Origin: Bugula neritina
Taxonomy: Eukaryota > Animalia > Bryozoa
Length of the DNA stretch: 64,000 nucleotides
Assembly: GCA_964035545.1 (NCBI GenBank)
Contig: OZ037770.1
Location: 12,576,642 to 12,640,641, forward strand
Direction: 5' to 3'
Shown here: positions 1 to 15,100 of the stretch, piece by piece
How the letters are laid out: every line of letters begins with the position of its first letter
Position numbering within the stretch: position 1 is the first letter of the stretch
Translations under genes and position numbers: made by a program
Notes under the pieces: model-generated
The model's input: only the letters and a program-made list of their open reading frames with translations
Told to the model about the DNA's origin: nothing
Databases searched by the model: none

Positions 1-278
1 TGTGAACTAAAGTTTGAGCTGGGGACCACAGCACTAGTAATTTTTAAAATACTTTATATTCCAAATTCTTTTTAATCATAACACTATCGAGCCCAATAGT
101 TACTAGCTATACAGGCTGCATGTTTTGTAGCATGTATATAAATAGGACATATTTAAAAGATGGTTTTTCACACTAATTTATATATGTGTAGAAAACAATT
201 TTATTTGTTATGTCTCTGAGGGTCACATAAACGTAAGCTGGGGCCAGATATCCGGCCCCGGGGCCCTGGACAGCCCTG
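1..278. mobile_element. Probable right end of a non-autonomous hAT (Charlie-like) element, truncated by the window start
   Basis: GC-rich subterminal GGGGCCAGAT..CCGGCCCCGGGGCC followed by GGACAGCCCTG (ends 278), the same style as the hAT end at 17053-17093. The other end is not in the window. Confidence 0.35.
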
Positions 279-3144
279 ATCTATACTATTATATCTGTGC
301 TATAAATGACCATATGCAGTTTCAATTGAAATGAGATTTTATAATGTTAATAACACAATTTATTATAACTGCTATATTATATTGCTATAACAAATCATGA
401 TCATACATGTATCAGTACATGCTGTCTTATAGTATTTTATTCAATGCTGAACAACTTTCTTCTTATAGAAGTGCTGTGTTCCACAATATGACAATCACTG
501 CTCTTCTAAAATTTGCTAATAAGCACTAAATATGTATATTTTTGTGGATAAAAACGCTGTTTGATAATATTTTTATTTTCTAAAAAAATTCTTTAAATAA
601 CTTTAAAGGAGCTTTAGAAGAAGCAATGAACTGAATAAAGTAAAATATATTTGTATACATTATCATAAGAGTAGAGCTATATAAAGGTCATGAGGTTTCC
701 ATAATTATCTAGCCTTGTGTTAATTATTTATATAGACACTGGATATAGTTACAAATTGGAAGCAGCTCCATCTAAATTCAGACTATTGCATCAATTTAAT
801 TCATTGAGAAAAGACAATGCAACTTTTTATAAAATGTGGTAAAATAATTTAAAAAGAACTGATGATCATTTTTATCAACCATAAACCTATGAACCAGCAG
901 CACGCTGATCATATAAAACGTTTGATGTTTGATATCGTGATTTTGCATTTCTCTCTACTCCTGAATATACATGTTTCATTTTAGTTTTACTGAAAAGTAA
1001 TTTTATAAATTATTAATAGTTACAAGCCATTCAAGTACTTGATTGAAATTAGGTTTCTTTGTTGTATATATATCTGTGTAATTTGAATCAATATTTAATC
1101 ACTATTATTATTATAATTCCAAGAAAGCGCTCAATAAAATAATAAATAAGTAAAATAATACTTATCTTATATGACTCTTTGACTTAGAGAAATAATTTCC
1201 TCTGAAAACGTATGCTAGGAAATTTTTAGGCAGGTGGAAGTTTTGGGAAATTGGCTGGCAGATTCGTGGCACTTAGGTTTAGTAAGTTGAGAGTTAATAA
1301 ACTTTTCATCAGTTCTAATAAATTGCAATCTCTTTTATTACACATTCTATATTATATAACGATTTAACTATAACATTAATATGCTGCAACAATATTTTTA
1401 TATACTCAATAGAAAATAATCATAAACTAGAGTTTAATTTATGCTTTAATTTTTTTAATTTTATATCAAGTGGAAAGTTTTTATTATCATACAAATATAT
1501 TTCACTTCCCAAGCATTCATTTATGTCCATTCATAGAAATTTTCTTCAAACACCTAAACATATAGCACAATTGAAGTGATGTTGGACTCAAAATAGCCAT
1601 CTTACAACTAAAAATAATGTATATATATTTGCTAAACATTGTTATTATTTTTGCAACAACGCATGCATGCACACACACACACACACACGTGATCAGGATT
1701 TTAATTTAGAAACTTTCTGAGAGAATTTTCTTTTCAAAAACAAACTGTATATAATATATTTTGGTCGAAAATAAAAAGGCAAAACATTGTAACACACATT
1801 TTGTTCCCAACAGCAAAATTATGTTATAAATAGATTTTGAACTTGAAAAATGTGATTGCTATTCATGCATCTCTTTCTAGATAAATTAGCAAAGATGTCC
1901 TCACTGTATATTCAACATGGCGGACCATAAAACTTTGAAGCAGCATCAGCTGTTGATGGAATCTATAAACTAGGTAATGAGCGTTATTCCCTGGCACATA
2001 GTTTAGGAGAGACTAGACCATGGTGGAGAGTAGAATTGAATTGAAATTGTTTAGTTTAATAGTGCTTTAAGAATTTCCTATACTTGTATTGCTTTGCTAA
2101 TAACAATAATTCGAACAATTGATTAATTAGGCAATAATTTCGTCAAATGCTTTATGCAGGAAAGTTTTAATTTACATTTTCTGCTTTTAAAATGAGCGTT
2201 GGATTTCAAACAACCAAAATTAATGTCACATATTCTAATTACTAGTTGTTTGCATTTTCCAAGGATTTTTATTTCACTTTTAGCTCACGGTACCGGCTAA
2301 ATGAATAATTTTACATCCTTGCAGATAGTTTTTGATAGGCATTGCAATATTTTAATACAAATCACTAGCTCGTAGTCAAATGGTCTTTTTTGAGAACCCC
2401 ACTTGCTCATTGGTGTAATTTGCTGCTGCTATAATCCTTCTTCGGTGGTTATAAAGCTATGCTTCAGTGTGATTGTTCAGACAAGAAAGTAGTCATATAC
2501 TTTTGCGATTAATGTTTTCATGTACCAATATATTGCATTACTACAAACAATTTGTATTCTTGATACTTCGTATTCATATTATAAGAAATGCCATATAATT
2601 CTAAGTGTTTGGAAAGAGTATTGACTTTATGAACTGACAGCCCAAGTGTTCTATTAATTGTTTGAAAGTTCTAATCCGTCATTGAAGAAGGTTTTTGTTA
2701 TCTTAACATTGTTTTGTTTTGAATAGAAAATTGGAGTTCATGTATTATGTGGCTAGAAAATATATACTGTGATATATTTTGTATTTATATAGTGAATTTC
2801 AATATGAATAGAAACTGTTATTATGCTTTCATGTTGGTATGCACAATAGATACAAGGAAACTTGTTATAATGGTAACTCATGAGTAAGAAGCTAAGAGTA
2901 TATTGAACGCTAACATAACTTCTAACTTATATAATTTTAAAATGTGAACCATAAATAAATATGGCTAACTTGAAGCTTACTGCAAAACAAAATATATTTT
3001 CAACGAAAAAAACTGGCAAGTTGATAGCACAAATAAATAAATTATAACAGCATAATAAAATGATACAGTTACAATACAACTGGAAACCCAGAAAAACAAA
3101 AACGTAATGAAAGCAGAGATTCTTGAGCTAATTTAGACTAGTTT

Positions 3145-6100
3145 TTAAGCATAGTAAGTCTTGAAAGAGGCGGTGAGAAGAGTACCGCAATGTTTGTATG
3201 GACACAGTGGTTTGTAAGCTTGGTAAGCTGTTAGCCTTTGCATTTCTTCTTTGTTACAGTTTTCACAGTAAATCATGTGACCACACGGCAAGCCAATGTG
3301 ATTCGCCTAGAATTGCAAAACATATTTATGGATAGCCTAAATTCTTTAAAATTCTATATATAGCAATAGAAAATTCTATAAAAAAACATTTTATAAGTTT
3401 CAAGTAGAAACATTTCCTTGGTATTTCACTCTATGAATGTCAAATTCAACACAAACAATAATGGTTAGCAAGTCTAATACTTATAGTACCAGTGGATTAT
3501 TGGATTTAGCAACTAGTGCATATATAATGCATGTAGCATAGAAAAACTTGGCTGTCAAATACTGCCCAAATAGTTTCATAATTGGTCATGTGAATTGATG
3601 CTAAATAGATGAATTTGTGGTTGCAGTTTGCACGGATTTAGGGTTGTGGTGTCATTAAATGCAAGTGTTCCCAAACATAAATGGTAAATCCATTTACACA
3701 ATGCAAGCTTGGAAGAGTATTGATTTCACATTCCTTAGTAATAATAAATTGACTTTAGGTAATAAGAGCACAAATGGGAAAGTGGGAGAAAATGGCACAC
3801 TGATGTTATATTTTCCCAAACCCAAACCCCTAACTCTCAAACCCCAACCTCAAACCTAGACACCCAATCCCACCCCAAACCCTAATATTGAAAACGTACC
3901 ATTTTTACCTACTTTGCCATTTGTGCCATTTTCACCAGACACCTAATTAATTAATATAGTATAGTTGATTACAAACAAGAAGCAAATCTCAAGTCGCAGA
4001 AGTAGGAGTTATTCTCTCTCAAGTCTATTACTATACTTGAGTATAATAAATATTCTACTCACCGGATTGATTTGTCCTGTCTTCCTGTAGCACATGATAC
4101 AAGCTCCTTCACTGTCTGGGAAACTTCCATGACCATCCATTCTGCCAGGCATGAAGCCTGCTGAGTCTGCTGCTATAAAAAGAATATTCCAGAATTTTTT
4201 TTTACTTCTCTGACTTGAAAATTAAGCTAATATTAATATTTGTAAACCACTACACGAGTGTATAAAGTATGACAAATATCAAATTAAAGCAAGCATTTAC
4301 CATATTACTGGAGTTGCCTACACATTTATTTACCACAATAATTACAGCCAAGGAGTTATCTTCCCTCAAACTAATGTTTAAAGCTGGCAATATATTATAT
4401 AATACATAATAAAGTAAACACTAAAAGCACACTAATAGAAGGGTGTAAATATCTTTTTTTGTGTGAGAAATTTTAAATTAGTGGAAAGAATATCCAAAAG
4501 CCGGTTGATAAAGTGCCAATTAATTTTTTTTTCAAATTTTTAGATGAGTGTATAAAAGTAATTATTTTCAATTAAAAAACAGAGTTATGTATATAAGACT
4601 TGTGAAACAGTTTAATTACATACTAAGTATAGTTGAGTATAATAGTATAGGTATAAATTATACAAGTATAGTTGAGCAAAATAAACACTAAGCTTTCGGT
4701 TACCTCATTTCAACAAAACCTACACAGGGTAAAACTACTTAGCACTCTTCTAGAACTTCAAGCTATGCGGTACAATACAAAGCTGCTAGAATTCCTTTAA
4801 TTCTTTCAATTTATAAATTAAGCTCACAGTAAAACTTCTCACTTAATAATTTTTTCTAAACTTTCGAGCCAATTCTAAAAGAGTGCACTACGTAGCAACT
4901 GGTCAGAAATGCTGTTGGTTTCCATATACAGGTTTGACGTTTGCAGTGAGAACAACGAGAACTTCAAGTTACATAACACAACGCAATGCTGCCTCACCCA
5001 AGAAGCTCCGCTGCCGATCTTCTTCTGGTATGACAGCCTGAGTCAGGGTTCTGTTGTTTAACACAGGTTCTGTCAGCCCGTTACTTGTAATCTGCCAGAA
5101 AACAATACAGACTCTGTCAAAACTAATCAAACATCAAAACACCCTTTTTACAAGATACACTGCTCCCTCTATATCTCACTAAGCTACGGGACCGGAAACC
5201 TCATGTAGGATACTCGATTTAACCTTCAAATCTGTTAAATTCGGTCATTTGGCCCTATACACACATACATAAGACACAAAACTGGATTTAAACCCTTCTC
5301 GTGACCTAAGAAATTTCTTGAGAAATGGAACCTTGAAATACAGAGGGAGTCGTGAAATACAGAGGGAGTCGTGAGTTACAGAGGGAACAGTGAGATACAG
5401 AGGGAGCCGTGAGATACAGAGGGAGCCTTGAAATACAGAGGGAGTCGTGAAATACAGAGGGAGTCGTGAGTTACAGAGGGAACAGTGAGATACAGAGGAA
5501 GCACTGAACCGTGAACGGTTTCAATTAAACTTATCATTAACATAACTTGTGGCAATGGAGATGGCACACAATAGCAGTATTTCAATTTCTCAATGCATAT
5601 TACAAAACACTCAATCAGTAGTTGGAGGTGCAAAAAGCTTGTGTTCTATATGAACAATGTAGAAAAAGAATTTATGTTTTTGCAAGAATTTCAAACCACG
5701 CCCCAAACCAAAACTCAATGAGAAAATTAACAAACTTGGGCCACCGAAAAAAATTTTCTATCATGTTTGAAGCTGACAGATGAAGTATGGGAATGCATGG
5801 AAGTAAAACGCAACGTAAAGGGAATGAGTGGTAGTGTAAGAGTTGTCTGTTCATAACTGCAATGAGTAAAACTTCCCAACATGATAAATGAGTGAATCAG
5901 AACTGCAGGGTACAGTTCAAATTCTATGAACTATTCTTTTTGACACAACCTTAGATAAATGTAATCAAGGTTCCCTAGTCCATGTGTAATCTAAATTAGA
6001 TAAAATAAACAATTTAGTTGACCTAATTGTCTCAATAAACATTAGCCAGCTGCCTTCGAAGATTTATTTAGGTGACAATTTTTAGGCAATTTGAATTGAA

Positions 6101-9100
6101 TGGTTCTATAAGCAGCTCTGAGTTGAGGGTGAATGAGTGCAATAGTTTGGGTCCTCAAGCTACGAGTTGGGGGTTCTAGTAAACCCCCAAATCAAAACTA
6201 TCACTGCTTTGGAACAAAAAATCACAAGAGTGGACAATCACTAATTTTATATTCGCTGCAAAGAGCATTGACTGTAGCACCTTGAAAGATGATTAAAACT
6301 ATGGAAGTGAAGTGGGTGGTACTGAATATTACATCAAAGGTCTATAAGGAAAGAAGATTAATTTCCTTTTGATGGAAATTAGTCTGTGAATGATCAGCTG
6401 ATGATAAGATAAATTAAAAACATGGAAACACAATCCAATTACTACTAGCCAGAAGTAAGTTGGTATTAGTGAAACACACTGATATACTGGCTAAGAAAAT
6501 CTGAATCAACATATAATTGATACAGAATTATGAAATTAGTTGCTAATATAATTAAAAATAGTATTATAAGACATTATATCATAACTTTTTATAAAATACT
6601 ATTGTTGCAAAAGTTCCAGAGTTCATTGAATAGCTACTAAGCTAGTCATATTTCAATATTACAAATCGAGCTTCCCTATCTATATGAGTTTAACCATTTT
6701 CAGTAAGACTGTACTAGGACTAGTGTTATTAACTGAAACTTGGAACTTTTTTCAGTAAGGGTATAAACATATCTTTAGTTTAGCCAACCGAAATGTTATA
6801 GAACACAGGCTACAGAGTTGACTCACCAAGCTGATATCACCACCGTCTGCTGCCGCATACAGAGCGTCAATCAACTCGCTGACTGTGGGAAAAGGTCTGC
6901 CGTTGAGTGTTATAACTCTCTGTATAGCATCCAACTGATATCCCAGTCTGAGACAGATTTCTATCATCACTAAAACCAGACAGGGAATTAGTCAACACAT
7001 GCCTGTCACCTGATGATGAACATAGCGGCAGACAGCTTTATGCAGTCTAAATACTCTGCTAGGAAATGTCAAAATAAGAATTGTATAGTTTCTCCATGCA
7101 TTGAAATAATTTTAGTCATTGAAATGTCTCAATGGCTTGATTTGTTGAGACTTATATTTGCAACAATCAGTAGATATTTAAAAACATACTGCTTTATCAG
7201 GTTTAATCAATTATTATAATATAAAACACAGCATATACAATAAGTGGGAGAAGTTTACAATATAAACAACTACCATATTATGTCAATCTATAAAAAAATA
7301 TTTTGTTATGCAAAATATTTCCCATATTTCAAAATAGAAGCCCCAAACCATTTTTATTTAGTCATAAATGATCTGAGAACAAAGAGGAAAGTTTGTATCG
7401 AGTGCAATTTGGCAATTTTGGCTTTGCTTGTGTTGGAGTTATTTCTCTCGATTTGGGATTAGAATTGATCCCATGTAGAAACCGACCAGCAAGTGCCAGA
7501 AAAAGGCACTTTCTGTTGCTGTCAGGATTAAACGCAGCCCAAAACTCTAATGGCAAATTGATATGAAAGATTAAAACAAAATAACCATAGTCAATTGGCT
7601 CAATGACCGCAGATTCTAAGTTTCATTGTAAAAAATTGTAAATAAAACGGACTGTGAATGTTGACAAAAATCAAGAAAATATAACATGGCCTTGTTACAT
7701 AGAATAACTATCATATATGTTGATTAGGGTGGAATGGGGAAACCCAAAAAAGGCATAGCACCCATCTTATTAGCTATAATATAATGCAGGTGTGAATTCA
7801 TTAGATTGAATGAAACAAAGGAACACTGTGAATCAGTATCCTGGGGGAAGGGGGGTAGGGGGTAAACAAACAGGATTATATTATTCAGTCCTTGCAACTT
7901 TAATATTCACAGCATGCTAAGCACAAAGGAGCTTTATAGGTCTCTAGTAATTACTAGTACTAAGTAGTAATTATTTTAGTATGTAATAATAGTTTCAGTA
8001 GCTACTAAAAAAACTCACAAAATTTTATAGTCACCATCCCTGTTAGAAACCCCTGAAAGGGTTGTTTGTTAAAGCAGGCTAAGGACTTGTATAAATGACA
8101 CACAGGAGGTATTATGACTGAATGCTCTTCCTAACATCACCAATGGTCTTTGTCCTGGCTCAAACCCATGACTTCGTGTTTACTAGGCAACCCCTCTAAT
8201 CCCTAGACTACGGTTGCCCCCTCTACTAATAGCCACTAGCAACTACTATTAACTTCAGTAGTTCTAACAGTCATTAGTTACTAACAGTTCTACCAGTTAC
8301 TACTGATTATAACCTACTATAGAGGGATAACTCCATAACCTAACATGAAAGTCCAAGTTCTCATTACGAACTGACAATAATCCTACAAGCCACGGTGCAC
8401 AATTAAGGATTATTGTCACTGCTTGATACAATCTAGGGCTACTGGGAACTTAGCTTACTGAGAGGTGTCAGAGAGACCTCCTTCAAAAACTGATGAATTA
8501 ATAAGGAGACAAGGCTATAATTCAACATGGGGGAAATACGATGTTTTAGAGTCCATTACTCACTCTTATGTTCAGTCTGCTGGAGCTTCTGTGTGCCTGC
8601 CTTCTTCCTCTCCATCTCTGTAGACCTGGTGAGCTGTGAAATGTACACAACAAGTGATTCAGTGGGCAATAATAACAGGCTGTTCAATACAACAACAGAT
8701 ATTGAGAAGTTGTCTTTTCTATCTCGTAACATTTAGCTGTCACATGATTCACATTTTCAATGAAGATTTTTTTTTAATTTGAAACTCTGCACTGCTTCAC
8801 TTATGTAAAACTATTTTAAGAATATTTAGTAAAGCACAATAAAAATATTTTAAAAAATACAAACAAAATATTAAGTGAAGTAGAAATATTAAATACATTA
8901 AGGCTTGCATAGTTTAGTTTATGACAAGATGAACTGGTGCTATACTTTCAAAATAAATGTTTAGAATTTTTGCTAAAATAGCTCATCAAAATCAACCCTC
9001 GATAATTATATTATTAAATTCTTACATAATAGTTTAGTAGCACGTAACAAACAGCTGCAGCAATCTAATGCAATAGCTCATAGCTTAAATTAACTACCTT

Positions 9101-12100
9101 AAATCTTGAATTGTATTTTTAAATGTTATAAAAGTTGCATAAAAAAGAAGTTTAAATTTCAACACAGATAATTAATTGTTCATTAATTATAATCTACATA
9201 GTGGTAGATTCTCTAGCAGCTGCATGCAACTCCATGCTGTTTATTTTTCAATCTATTCAATTAGAACGATTCGTCAAATGCATTTAAATTATAGCAAACT
9301 TGTATGCATCAGAACCAACCAATTACCTAAACGTAAATAACCAAAGATGGGTTAGATAGCTTCAGGTGCCTCTAACTTGATCACAGATTGTGGGAAATTA
9401 GGCTTTCTTAAAAGACTACATACGCAAAGTTAGGGCGGCTGAACAACTATAAAAACCACTTCACTGCGCAGCAATTGGTTCCACTAAGGCATTGGAAATT
9501 TTTGGAAAACTAGAAGGCGATAGACGTAAAATTTCCATTTTCCTAATGCTCTAATACTCTATTAAGTAGTTAACGTCAGCATGCTTAAACCAAATATTAA
9601 GAGATGCGTAGGAAGTTTACATCCTCTATGGTAAGTAATAGCATTCCCGTAATAGACTGAGCTACAGCGTAGTTGGCATGGTTATTTGAGATGGGCGTAT
9701 CACAGCATGACATTACATTTCAGTGACTAAAGCTAGGATTTCACTTTTCCATTTGATTTGAATTCATAAAGGTTGACCTATAACAAAATATATTTTATGT
9801 TTGTAATTTGTATATCATTATGATTCGGGACACTTTTCTTGAGCATAGCCAAAGACACTGTGAAGCAGTGAATGTTATTACATCAATTAGTATCTTAAAA
9901 TCATCTAACTGAGACACTAAAGGAGATATTTTTCTAATTTGATAAAAAATTGATCGTCAAGTGGTATAAATTACTAATTTCCCAACTGAAAAATCAATGG
10001 GTAGCTTTTCAAGACATGCTTGGTTGAGGCCATGACTTTGCATGTCTGAATATCAAACTTATGTAACAGGCAAAATTATTTGTGGAAAGGAAATGACATC
10101 ATTTCCTTACGCTTCTATCCAACAATGACTCAAAATCAGTTCACACAGTAACAGTCACTCCTCTAAGCCAGTAATAGATCTTGATGTTATGAAACTAACT
10201 ACACATAATAATGTTTGTAACACAAGTCTGTCATGCACTATTGAATTATGTAAAAATTAATAATAATATTATAATTAGTTGCGATTTAAAGAGCGTATAT
10301 TTTGATAAAATGCTTTAAATGTTTTCTACTGGAAAAGCCTGAGATTTGAAAATAATTCCAAGCAAAACTCAACTTAAAAACTGAAGTCTAAGTTTAGGAC
10401 TATGAAGAGTTCCTATAATATAGTCAAACTAGTGGAGGGGGGGGAGGGGTTGACGTGCCGTACTAAGTACCTTCTTACTAGCAGGAGTTTTATCTCTCAC
10501 ATCTTTTACATAACCTTCACCTTTCTGTTGCAGAAGGAAATTGCAGTCTGGAAACCACCTGTGGGGTAAAAGAGGAAACCTGATTTCAGGTGTCATAAAT
10601 AACACAATAACTAATAAATAAATAAATACATAAACAAAATAGCTAATTAAAAATAAAATAAATAATTAATAAATAAAATAAAAAAATTTGAAGCAAAATT
10701 AGCCTGTGGTATTAGTAAGAGCAGAGATAATGAATAAGTATTTGAGAATTAATTTCAGAACTATCAGCTAGAGTTGCATAGCCTAAGGTTGGTAGTTAGT
10801 ACTGCAAAGTTCGTATAAAACAGACCATTAAAATATTTACAAGTCTGTAGAACTTAGCCTATAAAATTCAATGGTTAACAACTATTACACATTTCAGGTA
10901 GGTGAAACATTTGCAGTTTTCATGAAAAACACACATTCTAGAAAAGCTTCATTGATTAAAAGTTATTTAATTTATAAAAAGAAATGTCATCCCAAACCCA
11001 GACTTTAAGCTCTCAACCTTAGCTAAGAATTTACACCCTACGAGCCAACCAGACTAGACAAGCGTGCTGTTGACCTTGACATAGACTCAATACCTGGCAT
11101 GTTCCTCCCAAGGGTCATCAGACGTCTGCCAACTCCTCAGACCACCAGAACAGTAGAAACATCTGACTTGATCTTCAAACCCAGTGAAGTAGAAACCTGT
11201 AACAAACAAATTCAGAGAAAATATAGGGAATATCTTTCTCAAGTAAATGTAGGGAGTCTATTTACCAAACATGAGCGAATTCATAATATGTTTAGTTTGG
11301 TCAACTCACTATATACAGTTATAACTCGGCCAAGTTACTATATACATGTACAACTCGGTCAACTCACTATATACAGGTACAACTCGGCCAAGTTACTATA
11401 TACAGGTACAACTCGGCCAAGTTACTATATACATGTACAACTCGGTCAAGTTACTATATGCTAACAGTTAGGAAAACATGACCTAGAAATTGTCACACAC
11501 GTTTTTCTCTACTTGCTACAAATTTTTAGTATTAACCAAATACCAGCAAAACCAATCATGGTAAATCAATGTACAAATTTTATAATTATAACTCTATCTC
11601 TCATGGTATTCCAATACTAACCAGTGTTGAGAAATATTTCTGTTGATTTGCCAAGTTATAACCAGTTTTGAAATCTTTATGTAATTATAATATAATTTAT
11701 TACTATAGGTATTCTATCATAAAACTAAATTACAACATTCACCTATTTTATAATATATACCTGCATTATATAACTATAGGTATTGTATAGCCATAGGTAT
11801 TATGAAGAATTATAAACAACTATATCATACAACAATATCATGTAACTACAGTATATTATATATGATAATATACATAATTATACATAGGTAACTAAACTAC
11901 TTTATACGACTATAATATATTTCACATCAGCTAAAGGCAACTACGGAGCAAAGCCATATGTTATAGATTTTTGCAAAAGATAAAACCTTTACAATGTAAG
12001 CTTTATCGATAAATCTTCCTATATATGTTTCACTCTCTCACCCGAGCAAAGAGTTGCAGAATATCAGCAATAATGCAAATCTAGCCGGATTTTCAAGTTG

Positions 12101-15100
12101 TAATAGTTGGGATATTCCATGAGGCAATAAAAATATTTTCCAAGAGATAGATGCTAATTAATTGTTTTCTTAAAGCTGCCAACGATTTACTTGGTATGCA
12201 ATTATGTATACAGTCAAGAGTTTGCGTTGTATGACCTTTGTATGACCTTTACGGCTTGCACTAATAAATATATATCAGCCTAACCTGAAAGAATATACAG
12301 GGGGCAGACAAACGATGTAGGTGCAGTAATGGAGAAATTGAGAAAAGCCTGTGTTCTAGATTAGAAATGTAACCAAAGAAGTTATACTTTTGCAAGAACT
12401 TCAACAAGCTTCCCAAACTGAAATTTAACAATAAAATTCAAGAACTTAGGCTATCTCAATTTCTCCAATACTGCTCCTAAATGAAGAAACTAGGTTCACT
12501 ATGTGCCTTCGTTGCCTGTGTATGTACACACAGGCCTACCAGTAGATGCAATAACGTACAGTATACATGCACGTATGTAGAAACCACAGCTTAACCAAGC
12601 TTCTAAACACCTAACTAAAAGCATACTATATTGAGTTTAATTGAAGTTAGTTGCCCAAAGATATGAAATTCAAAAAGTGCGCATGAAATGAAATTGCTTT
12701 AAACAAAACAGCTTAAATTTCTACTTAAGGTTGCTTTGACTGGGAATATCAGAGGGATTTCAGAGTTGAAACATGCATGAGAATAAAAAATCCATTTGCA
12801 TAATGTTAAGCTTATTAACAGTAGTTAAAAACAACTTTACACGGCAGAATAGTAAGCACTAAGTAGTACCTGTATTAGTAGCAACAAAGAGATGCATGTG
12901 AATAATACACAGCTGTTAGTTAACCTTTACATTGCAAACTCATTACAATCCTCTAGAGATGATAATATAATGTATACTTTAGATAAGTTCATGTTGAGAT
13001 GAAAGAACTTGGACGATTTCATGTTGCTACAGTTTGAGTTTGAAGCATTGTTATAGTTGTCATGGAAACAAGGCGAGTCTACAGCCTTATACTCAAGGTT
13101 CAACTTCCTAAAAGTGCAAGATGGAGAGAAACTATGAGCATACCTGCTTCACACATTCGCTTGGCCGTGATTGGGCTGGAGGCGGGCCATCTTGCGAAGG
13201 TGCGAAGTCTGGACACGTCAGGAGCGTAGCGGATGTTGTCAGCCTTGTTGGTGGAGATACCAAAGATTGTGCTGTCAGTTGATACACTGCCATCACAGTT
13301 CTTCTTCATATCTGTTAGTCATGAAACAGCATCAGATCATGTAAATCAAATTACAAGAAAATGTTGAATTGTTTTGTTTTACTTCATTTCATCAAAAGAG
13401 TTTAATAGTAGAAAAACTGGAAAGGAAGTAATTGTGGGGCCATTTGTTCACCAATAGCATAGCTAATGGGGGTGAAAACTGGAACTTTAGCTAAAACCAA
13501 CCAGGCCGACAGTAGAAACGAATATTTTTTAAATCTTCTGCTGTAAGAACGTCACTCTTGTACTCTCTGTTACCACATTCCAGTCCTTTGACAAATCGGC
13601 AGAAGTTGAAGGAGCGAGCATGCTCAGTCATCGGGCTGTCCTCGCTGTCCCAATTGTGTATACTCCCCCGACAGAATACGCACTGCACTCTGTCATGGTT
13701 ATCTGCAAGAGGAGGCAACTTTGTAACTCCAGTAGTATAGTCCAAAGTACGTACACCATTAGAACATATAGTTAGAATTGTTGAATTTCAAAAGATTTAA
13801 TTTGAATTTCAATATAATTTGATCATATATTGTATATACAAGAAATTGCTATTGGAATGAAACCATTAGCAATAATAGTATCTAATGGAAAGGGGTTTTC
13901 TGTTAAATCGGGCTAAGGACTTATTCAGCTGGGCACAGGAGCAATTATGACTGGATGTTCTTCCTAACATTACCAATGGCTTTGTTGGAGGTCACCAAGC
14001 AAACTCGCTAATACCTAGACCACAGCTGCTCCTTTGTGAGTTGTTTTATAGTATCAATATGCATCAGCCATAAAACTTATTTTTAGTTTAAAATTAGCAC
14101 ATGATATTAAATAGAAACTGTACACACATGTTCCAAAGAAACAATTGGCATCATTGAACAGCTTTATATCCTCATTTATAGCCCTAATTATACCCAAAGG
14201 TGTAAAATTAGACCAATTGTTATGTTAGTAATGAGGCCTCAAATAGATAGATATAACTATTCCCGAGTAATACAAATAGCCATTGTTGTAGATATTAGAA
14301 CAATTTCAACTGATGGTGATAAGCTGTTCCAGGTGATGTCAGACATTGTTTAGACTGTAATCGTGTGGTAGTCATGGTAATATTTTGACGGTAATTAGTC
14401 ATAACAGGTAATGATAATACCATGAGATAATATTGTACAACTTATAGATGATGACTACAGCAGAAACCACTACAGCTATTTTTCCCATGATAGTTGCATT
14501 ACTAGCTCACTGCATAGCCAACTTACTAAAGTGCAGCATCAGCATTTGATGATTGCTAAAGAAATAAATACTTGCATGTCACGTGTCACTTTTTGGAAAA
14601 CCTCAAACTAGCCGACTCTAAGCTGTATAAATATATTCTGATGCGTAGGAAAACAGAGATGTCCAGAAACCATACTAATCCACCAACATATATATATAGA
14701 ACTGGTTTTCCTGGAGCACACATGGCTATGCTAAGTGGAATTACTAAAATCAGAGTTCCCTGACTGCAGAAAAATCTACTCAAAACACTGTTATATAGGC
14801 TTGTCAATTCATGAAAAACAATTTTCCAGGACTTGAAACACAGCAAAAGCTGTTTTAACCAGGTGAAAATGTGGCCCACCAAAAACAAAATTATTTTCAG
14901 AACAAAAACTATTTGCATTAATCTCAATTTAATAGAACTTAAAAACATTTGTGGAATGATGTACACCAGGGATGGGCAAATGTTTTCGAAATGGGGCCAG
15001 ATCTTAAGATTTAAGGCGTAAGAAGGGCCAGGTTTGTTCGTTGTAAATTCAAGGTATAGGGGTAATGGGGGGGGGGCACAACGGGCCGAATTTTGAATGT

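Noticed and set aside
1913-1975. CAACATGGCGG (YY1/start-like) followed by a short ORF MADHKTLKQHQLLMESIN*
   Set aside because: Only 18 codons, no supportable downstream exon chain and no homology recognised.
3659-3859. 66-aa ORF with a PKPKP tail and telomere-like CCCTAA repeats
   Set aside because: It is read through a MITE. The repeats are degenerate internal MITE sequence, not a telomere.
11299-11459. 29-bp repeats resembling a CRISPR array
   Set aside because: Head-to-tail units with no unique spacers, no cas genes, and located in a eukaryotic intron.
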